A stretch of DNA of 62,680 nucleotides, the filler included, from Syncephalis fuscata S228 (lineage: Eukaryota; Fungi; Zoopagomycota), in NCBI GenBank assembly GCA_025786725.1. It is 4 parts of 4 records of this genome, joined end to end, with 100 filler letters (N's around TTAATTAATTAA, not from the genome) between each part and the next. Parts side by side here need not be neighbours in the genome. Positions count along the whole stretch, not along the records: positions 1 to 15,635 come from JAHLTZ010000211.1; positions 15,736 to 40,388 come from JAHLTZ010000125.1; 2 more parts are not named here. One strand, written 5' to 3'. The first letter of the stretch is position 1; each line of letters starts with the position of its first letter. The translations under genes were made by a program, and so were the position numbers. The notes under the pieces were generated by a model. That model was not told the DNA's origin, ran no database searches, and saw only the letters and a program-made list of their open reading frames with translations. Shown one piece after another: positions 12,174 through 25,420 of the stretch.

Positions 12174-13143
12174 ATGTCAGGGACAACAAAAAAGTTACTC
12201 ATTCCTTCAAGTGTAGACCAGACACTACTAGATGTATGTCTAACTATACCTGGAAATACGGATACTCGAATAGGACAACCAGCCGTTCTAATAACGCATC
12301 CATATGGTCCACTTGGTAAGAGACAATAGTAGTTGGCAGTATGGATTGTATATCAAATAGTATATGACTCGTATATACAGGCGGCAATAGTCATAATAAT
12401 GTAGTGCAAGCACTTCGATACCACTTTGTTGAACGGGGCTATGTAGCGGTTACGCTGAATTTCCGGTAATTTGTTGGTTTGATCATAGACGCAAGACTAG
12501 CATTATTAACACTAGTATCTAGGGGCTGTGGTCGTTCAAAAGGACGTACTAGCTGGCGTGGCCAGTCGGAAAACGAAGATTTAAACACAATTGTCAAGAT
12601 TATCTGTTCAGGTCAATGGCCAACTGAGAACAATAGCACACAGGCTATACCACTACTATCTCCTCCGTCTCGTTTACTGATATGTGTAAGTAAATAGGAA
12701 ATAACAATAATATACCATTCAAATAATAGCTTATTTATTACAACCATTCATCAACTATTAATTAGGGATATTCTTATGGTGCCATGATTGCCGGTGCTGT
12801 AGATCCAGATGCCGTTAATAATATACCATTTACTATGGTACTTATTAGTTATCCGTGTAGTGTTACGTGGTTTCTTACATTTGGACGGTCTAGCTACTTT
12901 TACGATGCATTAAAACAATGGCTGTCACGCTCGCCTACTCCGCCTATTTTAGCAGTATGTGGCAATCAAGATCAATTTACATCGACAAAATCATATCAAC
13001 GATGGATACAGTCGTTAACTGAGACAAATGCCGATGGCATAACACTAAGAATGCTGCCTTCAGTGGATCATTTCTGGTTTGGACATGAAAACGAATTACT
13101 TCAATTAATACAAGGTTGGCTCGATACAATTACAAATGAATAA
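12174..13143 (+). CDS. Small alpha/beta hydrolase
   Basis: Spliced motifs THPYGPLGGNSHNNVV, NFRGCGRSKGRTSW, nucleophile GYSYG, GNQDQF, DHFW. Confidence 0.9.
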
Positions 13144-13159
13144 ACATACATTTTTTATT

Positions 13160-15051
13160 TTATGGCGTAGCTGATTGTATAATACCACAGCCAAGACACT
13201 CTTCTCCTTGGTAGACAACAATAAACTATCGAATTGTAAGTTGATTGATTAGAGAATGTGACCGCAGTAATAGTGGCTAACAACTTACCTGTCCAGGTGC
13301 CGGTGCTCGTACCGGTTGTATAAAATAAACTTTAGCTTGATCGTTATTTCTATTTGTTTATTTCATTAGCGATATTAATCAATCAGTTAATTATAGTGCT
13401 TAAATAGTACTTACCCCACTTCAATATAACATTTTTCAGCTAATAGTTAGTTACATAGTCGGTTAGTTAGTGCCAAAATTAGAATTAAATAGATTAGTTT
13501 ACCTATTGCTTGTTGATATCTTATCTTTGCTTCTACTAAACCACCTAATGTAATATGTAAATCATTGGGTTGTCATATAAACTCAATAGTATATCTACCT
13601 TGTTTAATAACATCTGGACATGATTGTTGGATCCATTGCCAATGGCCCACTTGAATAGTAGAAGAGAATAAATTTGGATGATGTCTATATTATAACGTTA
13701 TTATTTATTCTATATAGTGTAAGTAAATACCTACGTTCCCGGCACAACAAATATTTGATTCTTGGTTATATCTTTACGACTAACAAACCATCTAATAGTG
13801 CCAATAAATAGTCGTAATGATTAGATGTATTAGGTAAATCGACCACTATTCAATCATGTAACATTTAGCTTACTTTTCATTACCATAGCAAATAGTTGCT
13901 CGTTGACCAATAGTCCAAGAGAAAATGCCTTGATGTGTGCCTAGTAAAATGTAATTATAGATCACCGTAATAGAGCAAATGACACAAATTACCAATGGAT
14001 TGTCCGTTGGGTGCAATAACTGGCCCTGGTGTCTGTGGCAAGTACTCGCCTAACATAACCGCATTATGTATTATTATATATGTGTATTATGTATTATATT
14101 CAAGTTATCCGTATAAACCTACCAAGAAATTGATTAAATTTACGTCTCTGTCCTACAAAACAAATACCCATACTCTCGTCTTTCTCGGCCGTTGAGAGTC
14201 TATTCTCTCGAGCAATCGATCGAATTTGTTTCTTAGTTAGATCTCCTAATGGAAATATAACCTCGATAGCCAATGTTAATATAAACAGCTATTCTAATTG
14301 CCACCTTCGCTATTCATCAATCGATTAGACTCTTACTTGTTGAAGTTGAGTACGAGAGACACCGCTTAAGTAATAAGACTGATCTTTACTACTATCGATG
14401 CCTAATAGACTTATAATTATCATGTCATAATATAATCATAGTAATTTACCTTTTAATAAATGAGCTTGCTTCTGTGCATCATATCCAATACGGGCATAAT
14501 GACCTAATGTACATTAGTACTGTTTAATCTATTTGAGCCGCATCTACTATTATTACCAGTAGCAAACCAATTATTTTTTAATACACATCGATCAAGCAAT
14601 ACACCAAATTTAATTTCTCGATTACAAGCAATATCAGGATTGGGCGTGATACCTGCTGCATAATCATCCAATGTTTGCATAAACACACGCGTCCAATATT
14701 CTTTTACAAAATCCATCTAATTACAACGTACTTAATACAATATTATAATTACTAAATAACAATCAATACCTGTCGACATGGTATAGACAATTGACGACAT
14801 ACAGTTTGTACATCTCTCCAGTCGCGTTCACCTGGACACTCGCCGCCTTCTTCAATATTATCCCAATTCTTCATAAAAACACCTTCAACATGAGCCCCCT
14901 TTTTATTTTTATTTTTATGTATATATTCCTTTTATGTTAGTTATCTACTCAAAGTATAATGGTATACTTTGACAACTTACATGTTGTTTTAATAGAAATG
15001 CTGCTACACTCGAGTCAACACCGCCTGACATACCCAGCACCACTAATAGAT

Positions 15052-15101
<50 letters not shown>

Positions 15102-15186
15102 GTAGTAGTAGTAGTAGTTATTGCACCTCAAACTATTCATTACCTCGTTTACCAGCCACTGCTGCCAACCGAGGAATACGTAACAT
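13160..15186 (-). CDS. SLM3: Mitochondrial tRNA 2-thiouridylase (MnmA/Slm3/Mtu1), many short exons
   Basis: [67 protein letters not shown]...ECLGCGII. Confidence 0.95.
15055..15119. repeat. Compound (AAT)n(AGT)n microsatellite in first intron of SLM3
   Basis: Directly visible. Confidence 0.95.
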
Positions 15187-15293
15187 ATTTGTAGTTAAAA
15201 TCTATAAAAAAAAGAAAAAAGAAAACATTTGAATTCCTTACTACTTGTTTTTATGTTCTTGCTACTTTGTCAATAATATCGCGTTAATACATC

Positions 15294-15635
15294 ATGAATT
15301 ACGATAGTTATGTGAACAACAACAATGACGCAACAAGCACAAGACATTGTGGTGTTCACGTAACATTGCGTCTAGTAAGCGGTACTGACGACGAGTTGGC
15401 TGCTCAAATATTAGCTACACTGTCGACAACACCACCTGCACCACAGTCGCTTGCTTTGTTAAACGGACATGAATTGCTAAAAAGACAATTAAATAAAAAG
15501 AAGGTTAGAAATAGCGAGAATGTCAAGATTGCCAGCTAATGGTCTGTATAAAATAGCTGTTGTAGGTATGCAAGTTGGTCTTAGATGGTATAACACTTTG
15601 GTACAAGTTGTAGTAGAGAAGATGGAACTATTACT
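15294..15635 (+). CDS. Hypothetical protein 5' fragment, cut by assembly gap
   Basis: ATG ORF divergent from SLM3 followed by a plausible GT-AG intron; no recognisable motif. Confidence 0.4.
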
Positions 15636-15735
15636 NNNNNNNNNNNNNNNNNNNNNNNNNNNNNNNNNNNNNNNNNNNNTTAATTAATTAANNNNNNNNN
15701 NNNNNNNNNNNNNNNNNNNNNNNNNNNNNNNNNNN
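15636..15735. other. Artificial contig spacer (N + TTAATTAATTAA + N)
   Basis: 100-bp linker with six-frame stop motif; identical at three places. Confidence 0.98.
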
Positions 15736-15744
15736 GAAGAAAGT

Positions 15745-16140
15745 AACAATATTAATGATCAAAGTGATGATGATTTGTAAAGGTCGAACTAAAGAAGAGC
15801 AATGCAAGAGAGTAATGTAAATAGTGTTTGTACCTAACTAGTAGTTGACTGACTACTAAAACTATCTATATAACATATATGAAGTGTACAAGTATATGCA
15901 ATGGATATATGCTGTCAAGTGTAAAGAAAGAGAAAGGAAATGTGATGACGTAGATTGTGAGATGTGGAGCCTGTCAGTCAATATTTATAAACAGCCGAGT
16001 TTAATTCATTAATAAATGGAGTGTGAAATAATAAAAGTCAATCTACCCAACATGTCGGTACATCATAGAACAGATTAATAGTAAATAAACAAATGTATTA
16101 AAAATAAAAGCCATTTGACTACCAAAACTACTCATTATTA
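15745..16140 (+). repeat. Dispersed non-coding repeat, copy A (inverted relative to 52521-52921)
   Basis: e.g. GGAGCCTGTCAGTCAATATTTATAAACAGCCGAGTTTAATTCATTAATAA matches the reverse complement of ~52638-52687. Confidence 0.92.
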
Positions 16141-16346
16141 TAAAACATACCAATTCTCCTCACATTATAAAAATAAAATGTATTAAATTATTCAATTTGG
16201 TTAAGTAATAACGTGTTAGTAAATTAAGATTAACAATATTTATTCATGAGATAAAAACACAAGCTTTATTAAATAATTAATATTATGGTTTGCGTAATTG
16301 TTAGCAAGTACTCACTTTTTATAAAATGGGTATTTAGTAAGGTGGG

Positions 16347-19016
16347 CTATTGGAAAGGCTGCACCCGTATGGCAGAATCTTGACGCTTGTATTTGGACTT
16401 GCACTGACGCGATGGGCATCGACGTAGACGATCAAGCGCTTGCCGCTGAACTCTTCTTGCTGCTGGTCCTCCAAGTGCTGTTGGACCTATCGCTGCTGTT
16501 AGTGTCGCTGCTGCTGCTAACACTGGCACAGTTGATGCAACTGGTGCTACCGGTGTTACTGCAGCAGCTGGCACCACAGGCGCAATAATTGCAGGCGTTC
16601 CAGTTGGCAGTGGTGGAGGAGCAACTGTTGTTGTTGTTGCAGTTGATGACGATGCAATTGCTGATACTGGTGATGGTGGTGGTGCTACTAGAGCTGATGC
16701 AGCTGGTGTAGCTTGCGCTAACGCTGTCAACATTGCCACCCTTGCTGCTGCAGCTGCTAATGCTGTAGCAGAAAGTGGCGCAGGTGGTGTAAATAGGAAT
16801 GGTGCCCGTGGCGCTACTGGTGTTTGTGTTCCGGCAGCAGCAGCAGCTAATGCGGCCGCCTCTGCTAGCGCTGTCGGTGTTGATTCTGCTGGCATTGCCG
16901 GTATCGCTAGTGCTGATAACGCCAGTGCTGCTAATTCTCCTAATGCCGGTAGTGCAGCAGCAACAGCTAAGCTTACTGTTGCTTCTAGTACATCTGGTCC
17001 TACTGATTCTGTTTCACTTAAGCCTGAACTGGGAGGTCGTGGCCCTATACCCATTATCCCTGACACACCATCAAACCAGGGAGAGCTTAGCGCCTGAGCC
17101 GCTGTATACCGCGTGCTGCTGTCAATGTCAAGTAGACCCGTTATTAAACGGATAACTACGCAATGTTAGTTATTGTCAATAAACAAATATTTAACTACTT
17201 TCATCATCGATCTGACCCGGTGGTCCAAAATTAAGCGGTGTTTGGAATATATCTTTTATATAACCAAAATACCCATTTTGGTAATCATAAGGATAGAAAC
17301 CTAATTACAGTATAGAATAATTAATCAATATTGTGTTTTGATTTTTTGTTTGTACTTACTTATTAATGCTTCATAAAGTATTACTCCCAAACTCCACATG
17401 TCGATGGGTGTATCATACCCACGGATATTTAATGGAGGTGAAGTTAGATGATTGTAGATTACTTGATCTTTCTCAGCTCTGGCGGCTGCCGGTATATTCA
17501 CACCTATGCTTGATGATAACAGCACTTCAGGTGCCATATATGGCATAGTGCCACAAAGAACATGTGTCATGGATGGTCTTATAAATTGAGTCATATTGAA
17601 ATCTGTATATGCAACACCAGGAAGTTTAATATTGTTCCATAGTAATATATTATTGGGCTAGTTAGTTGTTAATAACTATTCTTAACAATAAATAAACAAA
17701 TAAATTAACTTACCGCCATGTACAATATTCATACTATGCAAAAATAGTACAACGTTAGTAATTTAGTTACTAGTTATAATAATACTTACTTTAATATCTT
17801 CAAATGATTGCTTGAAGATATGTTTTAAATCATCCACTGGAAGTGGATAGCGATGGCCAAGATAGCTAGTCAGATTATCACCCTGCAAGTAATCAAGAAC
17901 CGAATAGACTTTGTAGAAAGTACATATTCCTTTTATCAGATTTACAAAGTGTCTGTCGCTTTTTACTGCCTTTAAAACATCAATTTCATTTCCAATTGAT
18001 ATGTCTTTAGCAGTATTGCGCTTTATGATTTTAATTGCAATGCGTTTGCGCTTTTTCAAATCAAATCCTAAGCGTACTCTGCTAAAGCTACCTTTGTTAT
18101 AACTCATTAGTTATTTAGTTATTACAATTAGTCTAGATACTTACTGGCCAACATATTTATCGGTGAGTGTATAGCGTCTATCAATTTTCTACGATAGCAA
18201 TAAATAAGTTATTTTAGTATCAAACTAAACTTATAAACTTACATCTATATACTCTTGTGTATACTCCTTTAATCTAATGTTAACGAGGCCAAGTTTGTAA
18301 ACAGTAAGCGTTGTTGCAGTTTATGGGTAAAAATGATAATAATGAACATTTGCTACTTACTTTTACGTTCAGATATTTTTATAAAACAAGTATCTGCATG
18401 TTGAATGGCTCCATGTTGAGACACACTATGATTATTGACTAAATTAAATATTAATAACCTAATTATTGTTATTTATTCGAACTAACCAAATAAAATTGAT
18501 AATCCAATATTCTAATTAATAGTTAGTAAAATGTTGTTAAATAATTATTTACTTACTGTAAATGTAATAGTTTGACGGTTCTATGTTAATTCATAATTAA
18601 TAACCGCTTATTAAAACGTATAATGTACTTACTGCTGATATTGTAAAACAAACTTGCGGCATGCCAGTCACTTTTAAAATACAAGAACTGTTTGCCATAT
18701 GCTATATAATTAGTTTAATATTATATATAGATGCCATTTATACTTACCATTATCGGCTGGCACCAACAGTAAACTCTTGACTATCTAGCGAGATAAATTT
18801 TAGACGCTTATTATTTAGATAGATTTATATTTAGCATTAATTTGATATACCTTGAGCTCTCCGACCAAACATCTCAACCCAGCCAACAGCGCCGTCCCGT
18901 TCTGTTTCGAAAAAATCGTCCCAGCAGCTTGGGACTTTTTCATGAAAAACATCACCACTTCTTAATTGGCTTGACGGTAATGTAGCGGTAGATTATTGTA
19001 TGTTTAAAAGATTCAT
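16347..19016 (-). pseudogene. Degenerating Ser/Thr kinase (CAMK/Chk2-like, possible N-terminal FHA relic) with Ala/Pro-rich tail
   Basis: GSFSRV, IAIK, NEIDVL, LHSMNIVHG, DFN, CGTMPYMAPE, DMWSLGVILY, RYTAAQAL..PWF. Catalytic D-x-K is missing, there is no AG acceptor before FLHS, and a TAA falls at codon 8 after the ATG at 19016. The 5' exon frame is uncertain. Confidence 0.65.
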
Positions 19017-21099
19017 GGTGTCAAAATAAAGTAGAATTTGTGACAGCAAATTGTTGCTTGAGGTAAAGAAGCAAAGGTTGAGATTGGGTAGCTGTTTGAA
19101 GTAAAGAAACATGAGTTGATAGTGAAATACTAGCAGTATTTAAACTAAAATAAACTTATGACTTATTTTAGAGCAATTACGTTTATTGGTTAAAAACAAT
19201 TAAAACAAAGCAATGTGTATAAAGAAACAATATAATTATATTGTTCTAGATGCATTATGATGTTTTGAGCATCAATGCTTAGAAGCTTTGATGCTATAAA
19301 TAAATGTTGAAAATATTTAGCACAAAATAGGTATGATTTATGCAGGATTATGCTTGTTTGTTAACTGAAACAACCAGAATAAATACGAGGTGTAAAGAAC
19401 AATGCATTTTTATTTTCTAGCTGCATTGCAACACTTTGAACACTAGTATTGAAGCTTTCTAGTGTCATACACACATACTGAATAAACAGGTACAAAGATT
19501 GGCATATGTACTTCCGTCGAATAACTGCACTAACGTGCTGCATGAATGTAAACGAATGGACAATGTTACAGTGCTATTTGGAGTTCAAAATAATAAAGCC
19601 GCAATACTATTTTATTATACAACTATTCTAATGTAGTATTTTGTACTATATTTTGTTACTAATATTACAGTGGTTTTTACAAATTGTAAAATAAACTATC
19701 TCGGCCATCAGTATTTTGAATAGCCATTTTGCCTGCATGTATGTACAATATTATTATGTTACATATTGACAATAAAACTAATAAAATTACATGTTTAACA
19801 TTGTTTTCATCCAGTTGACTACAACACGCCTTTGTTATGCAGTGTACGTGTTCTATTTATATCTCTACTTAACAATGTTAAAACTTAATGGACAAATCAT
19901 GTGTTAGAATCTATAAGCTTTGCCAAAAAGCGCAATTTACAATGTGCTCAATGACATACTTTGTGAAAGGCAAATAGAGACAAAGAAATATAGAAATTAA
20001 TTGTATTTTATTGCTGTAGTCGATAATCACGGTAAACCAACAAAAGTGATAATAATGAAATCGTTATTGCAATATTATGCTGCACCAATAAATAAACAAT
20101 TTTAATTGATAATTAAATATTATTAGGCAGTATAATGGTGTATAATATGATAAATATACAATGTAAGAAATATGAATGGCAATGTTGAAGCTGGAATGTA
20201 AGTGGTACAATAAATAGAATAAGCAAAATAAATTGTAACTTACAATCAATAAAGCAAATATCATACATTTTTTTTAATAATAAATGAATATTGTACAATA
20301 AAATTGTATATAGTAGAACGAATATATGATGAGAAATAATAAATAGATAAGACAAAATCAGTGCACTATTCATAGAAAGACTATGGATATATCAAGTGTC
20401 ACCAAGTGAATGACATCCAGGTTATCCTATGACAATAAAGCTTTTATAGGAATAACTATTGATTAATTACAATGATTGTGCGACAAGAGAATGGTATTGA
20501 CATATAAATAGCATTACGATTATCTTGCTGCTGCTACAAATAAATGCAAAACAATATCACCATGGTATATAAATAACAGTATTGATATAGTGTTTATATA
20601 ATATTGTTTATTGACTATATTATTTATGTGTTATCTTCGCTAAAAATCATATTAGTTGTGCCATATACTGATTTATGGCAAAGAAAGTGGCAATGTAGTC
20701 ATACACATTGTTATAAATCTATAAATTGCTCAAAATATATTATTTTATATTAAAAAAATACATAAAGTATAATGTAAGAAAATAATGTTTTTTAAAATTT
20801 TAGTCTATAGCCAAGTATCCGGTATAAGTAAAAAATGATGTAAAATAGTATTGCTTTACGTACATAAACTATGTAGGACCAAATATTTGGCAATGGTCAT
20901 ACCGGAACATGATACTATTGAGTAAATGATATAATATAATGTGGTAATTAAGTTACAACAAAAACCATATCATTTATATAAATACTTAGCAATAGGAAAT
21001 AATAAAGAGCTTGCTCAACTCCAATTTATTAAATAACTGTTGTCAAAATTATTATTGTTTTTATTGTAATGATAATCTAACAATAGTTATTTAGTAAGT

Positions 21100-22690
21100 T
21101 TAAACCAGTTCAGGTACAAAGCTTGTAACGAGCGTTGTCTCATTATTAGTCAATAACATATGGCCAAATGCAAATATACGATGCTGTACATTTGATATTG
21201 GAAACTGGTGGATATTTACACTTTCTGTTACAAAATCAATAATATAATAATGTTTTGCAAAATAATTATAACAGACAATTTTTGTATTAATAAAATGCTG
21301 AAAAAAACAAAGCCTGTTGACTGAGGTCATTATAGCAATGTTGTGAATAATTTATCCATTTAATAGTGAAATAACAATTAACAATGAGTTGTTATCCAAG
21401 TGGAATGCGGCCAAATTGTATGCTGAAATTAAAATTGAATATTCATAATTTTTACTGAATAAATACGTTCAAAAATAGTTTCTTTGTTTAAAGATATTAC
21501 TCGAATGTAGCGTTAATGATTCCTTATGTTGCTGTTCAATGTTTAACTGTTTAAGCAAAAATTGCAATAAGCCAATATTCGATCACAGTCAACTGAATAA
21601 ATTCCACATTTCATTGTTCAGTGAAATTGGAGAATATTATATGATCCAAAATAATTGTAGTTATTTGTGAAATGTAATGTTTAATTATTTTCAAATTTAT
21701 ACCAGTATTTAATGGAATGCAGACTACTTTGTAGCTAAGTTTGCATTTTCCATAAAGGTATCGTATAATAATTGTGTCATTATTGTTTGTTGTATGTAAT
21801 TTGTTATTGTAGGAGTCGCTGGGATTGGAAAAGATAATGGATTGAGGTTTGTACGACTGTGATGTCGAGTCAATGCTATAGATTAGTCGAGTATAGTAGG
21901 ATAGTTGTGAATTGTTGGATAAATCAATAATCTGTGAACAAGAAAACAACAAAGATGCAACTATAATTCTACCGTCCCAATAACCTTTAATATCGATTGA
22001 ATTCAATAATTGACGATTATTTGCGTTCCATATTTAAAGTACTTCAATGGTGGTTCTAACATATACTAAATTTATAATTAAATGCATATTTGCATCGGTG
22101 TCAGCTACTTGCTGTCGACATCGATAAAACTCCATATTTTCTATCAAGTTAGAAGTATATTTTTTCAAATTTAGTGAATGCACTTTCACTGTATTTTTAT
22201 TGAGAGCTTAATCAAATCAACAGAGGAATGATCGTAATCTGTTATTGCAATCCATCCAGGATAGCTTGCTCTGGTTTCAGCTCTATTACCTAATAATAAT
22301 TTATCTATTATAAGGGATTTTATATAAGTTGTTGATATTGGTTTATTCTTCTGCCAATTTATGCCCATGGTGATACGTTGACCATATTGCTTAAACCAAA
22401 TTAAGCTTGCTGTAATTCTATTCTCCACATCAGCTGCTGCTTCTGCTATTTCTGGTTTCTGTTCCAGCTGCCATTGTAACTAGTCAATATCGGTATCGGT
22501 ATCCCAAGGGGAATGTTGCTGGTATAGTATCTGCCAAAAGCCATCACATTTGATAATTGAGTTATACAATACTTTGCAGCTGCGTGCCGAAGCTACTGTG
22601 GTAGTTACCCCCACTAAACTGAGATACATAATGAACTATCTCGGTGACTAACCATATATTTGGCAAAGTGTTATTATTCTGTGTTGACAT
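21100..22690 (-). pseudogene. Intronless F-box protein pseudogene, related to the gene at 44949-47231
   Basis: MSTQNNNTLPNIWLVTEIVHYVSQF...ARSCKVLY...FWQILY...DID*LQW...IWFKQYGQRITMGINW; in-frame stops near 22480 and 22186. Confidence 0.7.
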
Positions 22691-23912
22691 TATGGAAACA
22701 AAACTGAGCAAAAAGAAATGCTTACTTGTAGCAAGCAAAGCCTTTGGGCTAAATAGGATGACGTATTAAACTGTAAATAGCGTCACTCAAATTAAATATT
22801 TTGACGTAAACAGTTACTTTTTTGTAAAATAGCTTAACTTTATATACACGCTTTAATTCAATTTTATTTATTGTACTTGAAATTTCTTTCTCGCCATCTA
22901 TTGTATAGTATAGCTATTATTAGAGTTTTGACAGTATTATAAATATGTAATACTGTCACTCAATAATAATAAAGGCAACTTTTTTATAGCCAATTCATTT
23001 AGCTTATTATCAAGTTTACACAGTTGGAATTTCTGTAATAAATTACTGATTCAACCTATTGATGGGCACTAAAGCTGCTAAAATATTAATTACATAATCT
23101 TTATTGATTTAGTATTTAATTGTATGACTGCTATTTTTCTCTTTTTTTCTTTAGTTGTTTGGCCGACGTTACGCCATAATATTCTGATGTTGAATACAAG
23201 CAATAGAAGCGTTTAACTCATAATCAGTTAACGTTGAAATTGTATATTAATACTGTAAAAGTATTTATTTATTATTTTGACAACTCGCTTATTCATAATT
23301 ATTTGAATTATCGTTCGAAATTATTAAAAAACAAAACAAAAATTTAGTCATGCTTTATTTAAGCGATTTTAAATGTATGAGTATTTTGAATTTAATAATT
23401 TATTAAAATGTGTAGTAGATTAAGTATTATTAACTAGTTATAATTGGCTTAATTAGTGTCCGTTAATTATAACTTCAATGGTATCCAAGTAAGCGATAAG
23501 GTATTTATAGGAATAGCAATTTAAAAATAAAAAAGTCAATATAAGAATAAAATAGAATATAAACAAATGAGATACAAATAACAATAGTATAATACTGTGA
23601 AAATATGATGATATTATGAACACATGCATATGAATATATGCGTATTGGATAATAATCTACAATGATGAGTATTTGATGATTGATGTCACTCACCACCCAT
23701 CATTATGTTCAATAGATTGGATGTTATTAAATGTTAGTCACTTGTCCCCCAAAAAGCAATAAGTGTGATGATGTGATGATTAAATCAAACTCACCACTTG
23801 TCCCCATGTTCAATAGAACAAAAATGTAGTTTAACTACGCGAATGTTACAAAAAAAAGTCATTTGACCCCAAATCACACTAAGCAATAAACGATTTTAGT
23901 TAAAAAAAAGCT

Positions 23913-24002
23913 ATAGTATGATATATAGTGATATATAGTGGTATATAGTGATATATAGTGATATATAGTGTATATAGTGATATATAGTGGTATATAGTGA
24001 TA
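23913..24002. repeat. 10-bp minisatellite (GATATATAGT)n, ~8 units
   Basis: Directly visible, with G/A variants. Confidence 0.95.
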
Positions 24003-24109
24003 ATTAAATAAAATAAAGATCAAGGTTAATAGAATTAGTATAAAAAGGTCGTTTATTAAATAATTACTTCCCCTATAACCAATCTGACTAAATAAATGGC
24101 ATTTTGAAC

Positions 24110-24225
24110 AATTAATTAACTATCTAATTAACTATTTAATCAACTATTTATCTATATAATTAACTATCTAACTAATTAACTATTCAACTATTTAATTAAA
24201 TATTTAATCGACTAATTAACTAATA
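24110..24225. repeat. Degenerate TTAACTAT-based low-complexity tandem repeat
   Basis: Repeated taactat/ttaactatttaa units. Confidence 0.7.
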
Positions 24226-24709
24226 AGAAATAATTTATTAGGTTAAAGTAAGGAAAGTAAAGCTTTAGTTTTTGCTTCAATTATAATAAATAGTAACATT
24301 TGTGCATTTTTAATATAAAGTGTTAATATTAACGTATTTTTAACATCAAATGTCAAAGCTTTACACTTTATTAATATTAAGTAACAATAACCTGTATTAT
24401 GTTAACTACAATCATATTAACACTTTGTATCAAAAATAAATAAATCTACATTACAGTCATAGTTATTATAAATAATAAAAATCATATAAATACTTTATTT
24501 AGATGGTGAGGATGATCATAGAAAAGTAAAAGTAAAATGTGCGTGTAACCAAAACAAATACATTAAATATTTTATCTAAAACAACAGCTATCTTAGATGA
24601 AGGTAAGTTGGTGGTAAAAATACTGTGCAACCAGATGTAATTATCTAGAATTATAGGCATATTCAATTGAAATTATAGTAAAAATAGCAGGGTTTTTTTT
24701 ACCAATTAT

Positions 24710-25420
24710 GTTCTATATAACTAAAAGATAGCAAAAAGATCACCGGATTTGAGTCCTTCATGCTTAGTTGTAATGACTGGTATAAGATTTAGAAGAAGAA
24801 TTTTTACAAAAAAAGTTGGCCAAAAACGCAATTTACGTATTTTTAATTTAGTTTTAAAAGCACGAATATTACTGGGTATAACTTTACGTATAATCAAGCA
24901 AATTGCATGATATTTTGCATGAATATGCGTATGATATATATACGACTATTGGTGAAGTACATTGTAGCCGCGTTGTGTGATGGCGTAGTTATAGTGATAA
25001 TACACCAATAAATATGCAAAAATGGCAGATTTTTAGCAATCATGGCCTATATAGTCGAAAGATAGCGAAATAATTGGCGGATTCGAGTTCCCCATGCTTA
25101 GTTATAAGGAATGGTATAGAATTTAGAACAAATTTTTTTGCAAAAAAAGTTGGCCAAAAAATTGTGTAAATTGATTACGAGTAAAATTTAGTATATATAT
25201 ATTATATTATATTGTTTTATAATGCTAAACAAAGCATAATATCAAGCTGAGATGTAGAAATATTGATGTACAGTGGCGATTTATGTCATATACAAAAAGG
25301 TGTCACGTGATGCAACAGTGACAATATACCGTTATTGTACGCATGCCGGCCTTTCAATATTAGCGATAATTGTGCCGGCTATGGTCTATACTATACAAGA
25401 GAGCGAGTAGAATACATTTG
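24710..25420 (+). repeat. Diverged direct repeats, period ~335 bp
   Basis: 24710-24826 matches 25045-25160 (GATAGC..GGATTYGAGT..CATGCTTAGTT..TGGTATA..AAAAAAAGTTGGCCAAAAA); weaker third start near 25382. Confidence 0.8.

Noticed and set aside
15680-15691. TTAATTAATTAA palindrome recurring three times
   Set aside because: Always centred in 100-bp N runs: an artificial six-frame-stop linker.
25070-25100. GGATTCGAGTTCCC, like a tRNA T-arm/B-box
   Set aside because: No cloverleaf; it is part of the 335-bp repeat.
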